The notes under the pieces are model-generated. The model saw only the letters and a list, made by a program, of their open reading frames with translations, did not search any database and was not told where the DNA came from. From NCBI GenBank assembly GCA_000320545.1, contig ADNK01000693.1, positions 9,242 through 73,241 of the forward strand: a stretch of DNA of 64,000 bases, written 5' to 3'. Within the stretch, counting starts at the first letter, position 1. Every line of letters begins with the position of its first letter. This document shows positions 60,756 to 64,000 of the stretch, piece after piece. The position numbers and the translations under genes are program-made. Source of the DNA: Bigelowiella natans CCMP2755 (taxonomy: Eukaryota > Protista > Cercozoa).

Positions 60756-61465
60756 CACTATTCTACTACTACCTCTACTACAAGTTCTACTAATCCTGCA
60801 AGCTACAACTTACCTTTCTGTTAGCTCTTGCCTTTGAGGCTTCAGAAATAACACTTTTAACCGTTGGGTTCTTTGTTATAATTGTTCCGGATCCCGTGAT
60901 ATGATCAGCATGCACGTGGGTATTTAAGCAGTACCTAGACGACAAAGGGAGGTTTTCACTTATACTTTTCTTTAGTGTAAGGTAATGATGATGGCACAAA
61001 GTTGTCTCTAGACTAGTCTTCATCAACATCATGGAGGTAGGCGAGTATTATGCGTTGTCCGTCGTCGTTTTACTTGAGTGTATAGCCCGCTTTCTTGATG
61101 AATTCTAGATCACGCTCCACCTATGAGTGACGACGACATAGGATACAGAAATTGCAAGTTGTGTGGCATTTAAATTGGACCAGCTCTCCATTCAATTTTT
61201 GGAATCTGTATGTTACCGTGACAAGAACAGGATCAATGAGGCAGCATTCCTTCGTAGAAGGACACGCAACGACATAAGTGTACGTTGACTGGAACAAAGA
61301 ACACAACGTCATGAAGCATACAAATACAACAAAAAAAGACATCCGGATTTTTAACATCAATTGCGAAATATGTATCCAGAGGAGATTGGACATCGTACTA
61401 ACCGAATTCTTCTCGAAAAGTTGTCTAATGATCGGCCCGGAAGGCTTGGAAGCTGTACATCCCAT
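59553..61465 (-). CDS. ETHE1: Persulfide (sulfur) dioxygenase, metallo-beta-lactamase fold, about 7 exons
   Basis: Spliced: [21 protein letters not shown]|[18 protein letters not shown]|VERDL..|[16 protein letters not shown]..|[32 protein letters not shown]|[38 protein letters not shown]|..NMICG. All hallmark ETHE1 motifs are present. Confidence 0.96.
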
Positions 61466-61811
61466 GATGCTGCGGATTTACAATAGTTGAGTTATGCTAT
61501 GTTGTGCTACAAGCGTAGCTCTTATTATGGGGAATTTAGAGTTTCAATAGTTGTCGCAGGTAGGAATTCGGTTCGGATTGGCATCGACAACCTGAAGTGG
61601 GTATCAGCGTTCGTGAGTGTAAAAATTATCCGATCTCCTTTGATAGATCTAGATCTAGTACTCGTATGCAACTTTCTTCAACCTTAGGAGGAACAAAATA
61701 CCAACAAAATAGCCTCAATTCCACGTCTACGACAATAATAATATCCAGCAACCCCTAGACCCTAGAACCATCAACTCGTGCGGAAGACGCCGCTTCAGTG
61801 CAGAGGCAGAC
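61466..61811. promoter_or_regulatory. Putative bidirectional promoter and 5' UTRs shared by ETHE1 and SUOX
   Basis: 346 nt separate the two divergent ATGs. Inferred from geometry only; no specific motif identified. Confidence 0.6.
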
Positions 61812-62744
61812 ATGCAGCATCGGTTGCGCACCTTGTATCGATGGGGACGGAGGGCTTCGGCAATCATAACGCATCGGCGCTTATCTTTATTCTCAAGAGG
61901 TATGACAGCTATTTGGATCAAGTTTATTACTTGTACGAATAACATTCATGTACATAGGATCGGCGAGCGTCATCGCTGGAGCAGGAATTGTTGGCATGAT
62001 GACGATGAATAACTATGCAGAGGTTAGCTGCACACCTGTTCTCTACGTATTATATTACATGACATGAAATATGGAAACGAGATCGCTCTCATTAAGCATT
62101 TTTGAAGAAGTTTCACTGATCCTGAGTTTGGCACAGTCAAAGGCACGTATGAAGGACGAAAAGAACTGGCCAATCTATAAGGTTCGTATGTTTTGCAACA
62201 CCATTTTCCCTCCCAATCTATAAGGTTCGTATGTTTTGCAACACCATTTTCCCTCCCAATTTCATTTTGGTAGGATAGAGAAGGAAATGGAGGTACTTAC
62301 TTACAGCAGTAACCCTGCAGCAGCAACTTCTGCAGCAATCCAAAACTCATGTACTAATAAGTTGATCATTTTCATCATACACTGCAGCGCTCCGAAGTCG
62401 CACAGCATAAAACAAAGGATACGCGTATCTGGGTCACCTACAAGTAGTGCTGCTTTTTATAGCAACACACATTTTTGCTTGTGCTGATGCCAATTATGGA
62501 AACTAATTCCATTTTCTAAGCTTCATCCAATTTCTTTTCCAACCTTTCCTTACCTATCGAATGCCCTCCGCCTCACCCCATCGATATTGTCTTCTTAGTT
62601 TTATTGTGTTGCGTAGGGATGGAGTTTACGACATTACCGACTTTATAGAGCAGCATCCTGGAGGAATGACCCGGATAATGCTCGCAGGTAGTAAACTAGG
62701 TTTAGCTGTTGATATATATGAAGTGGAAGGAGAAACAGTATCGT

Positions 62745-62776
<32 letters not shown>

Positions 62777-63165
62777 CAGTGGTAGCAGCGTTTGTGGTGG
62801 TGGTCATGGGAGTGAGGGCGGCTATTATGTTCTCTTTCTAAGATCATAGCATGAATCTAGTAGTAGTAGGATTTTCCGTTGCAACTTGAGTCTGCTGTTA
62901 CTGCGAACCATCATCAATTTGGGATTATTACTACATTTACATTGGAAATGATTTATCATCAGCTGGAGGCGCGATTGACCCCTTTTGGGCACTGTATCAA
63001 CAGCACATGGTTGACAACGTCCTCAGCATCCTCAAGGAATATAGGGTACTACTACTACTACTACTACTACTACTACCAGTAGTAGGAGTGGCAGCAACAA
63101 TTAAAAAAGATTTCACACTTTTTTGCGATGCATATAAAATGTTTACGTATTCATAAGATATATAT

Positions 63166-63214
<49 letters not shown>

Positions 63215-64000
63215 CATTATAATGAGGTGTCTTACCAGGCTGTCGTACATTTATAGAAGCAACCATTTTCCTTTTATACGAGTCTTCATTTTCCTTTTAT
63301 ACGAGTCTTCATTTCCCTCCTGCTGCTGCTGTTGCTTTGAGTTAGATCGGAAGTCTTTCTACGGAAGAAGTCAACACCCTACAGAAGGACATTAATGATC
63401 CATACAAAAATGACCCTGAACGACACCCAGGTATGTATGTATGCATGCATGCATGTGTGTGTGTGTGCGTGCGTGTGTGTGTATTGGTTCCAAATGAAAT
63501 AGCACTTCTCCTCCTATCATCGCTTCGTAAGGAATATGCATGATGACACCATCACTCTCATCATCATCATCATCACCAATAATATTAATTATTATATTTG
63601 CGACTGGGCATAGCCTTGTTGGTCCACAAACAGAAACCATTCAACGCTGGAACCCCACCACAGCTTATCCCTGACAACTTCTTGACCCCTGCGTAAGTAA
63701 GCAGAAGGATGATAGCAGCCGTGAAGAAGAAGAAAACAACGAGTTATATGGAACGGCTGATCATGCACATCGACTTATTGCCCCCACCACCACCTTCACC
63801 AAAATACGACAAAATGACATGATGAGTGCTTCATTGACGTTATCATGTACTATCTGCTATGACTTCTTCACGTTCAGTTTTGAATGTATGCGCTGAAACT
63901 CATTTTTAATGTCATTTCGATCATCGTCATCATTATCATCACCATCATCATCATCATCATCATCATCACAACCCTCCCCCCCTCCCTCCTCCTCCTCCTC
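61812..64000 (+). CDS. SUOX: Sulfite oxidase, animal/fungal type (cytochrome b5 plus molybdopterin domain), 3' part outside the window
   Basis: Arg-rich presequence, then hydrophobic VIAGAGIVGMM. b5 domain IYK|RSEVAQHKTKDTRIWVTYK|DGVYDITDFIEQHPGG..IMLA|AGGAIDPFWALYQQH..LKEYR|IG. Moco-domain start DPYKNDPERHP|ALLVHKQKPFNAGTP..FLTP. Confidence 0.94.
62170..62260. repeat. 43-bp perfect tandem duplication spanning a SUOX splice donor
   Basis: ccaatctataaggttcgtatgttttgcaacaccattttccctc occurs at 62170 and 62213. Confidence 0.93.

Noticed and set aside
62380-63050. Stand-alone cytochrome b5 or nitrate reductase
   Set aside because: The b5 domain is N-terminal and runs into the DPY..DP.RHP/PFNA Moco-domain start, which is the sulfite oxidase order.

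Overview
Intron-rich eukaryotic (protist) nuclear DNA with GT-AG introns full of microsatellites. Signal-peptide-like leaders on two PPR proteins suggest an alga with a complex plastid, possibly chlorarachniophyte-like, but this is unconfirmed. Joining exons by hand gives about 13 genes, almost all in head-to-head pairs: PA200/Blm10 (-, runs off the left edge) with a three-CNB cyclic-nucleotide-dependent kinase (+); a YqgF-like protein (-) with a PPR-PUS7/TruD fusion (+); an unpaired MoxR/RavA-type AAA+ ATPase fused to a VWA domain (-), followed by a decayed element; cytochrome b561 (-) with a PPR protein (+); a dual-specificity pseudophosphatase (-) with an RCC1-repeat protein (+); a TTC4/Cns1-like protein (-) with an intronless orphan (+); and persulfide dioxygenase ETHE1 (-) with sulfite oxidase SUOX (+, runs off the right edge). 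Best leads: (1) ETHE1 and SUOX, consecutive enzymes of sulfide oxidation, have start codons 346 nt apart, and ETHE1 starts with an acylation motif instead of a mitochondrial presequence; (2) a single-chain RavA/ViaA-like AAA+-VWA fusion; (3) a kinase with PKG layout but cAMP-type binding cassettes and an internal PKA-RI-like inhibitor site; (4) a PPR-pseudouridine synthase fusion. Exon boundaries were read by eye, gene ends are approximate, and no database search was run.
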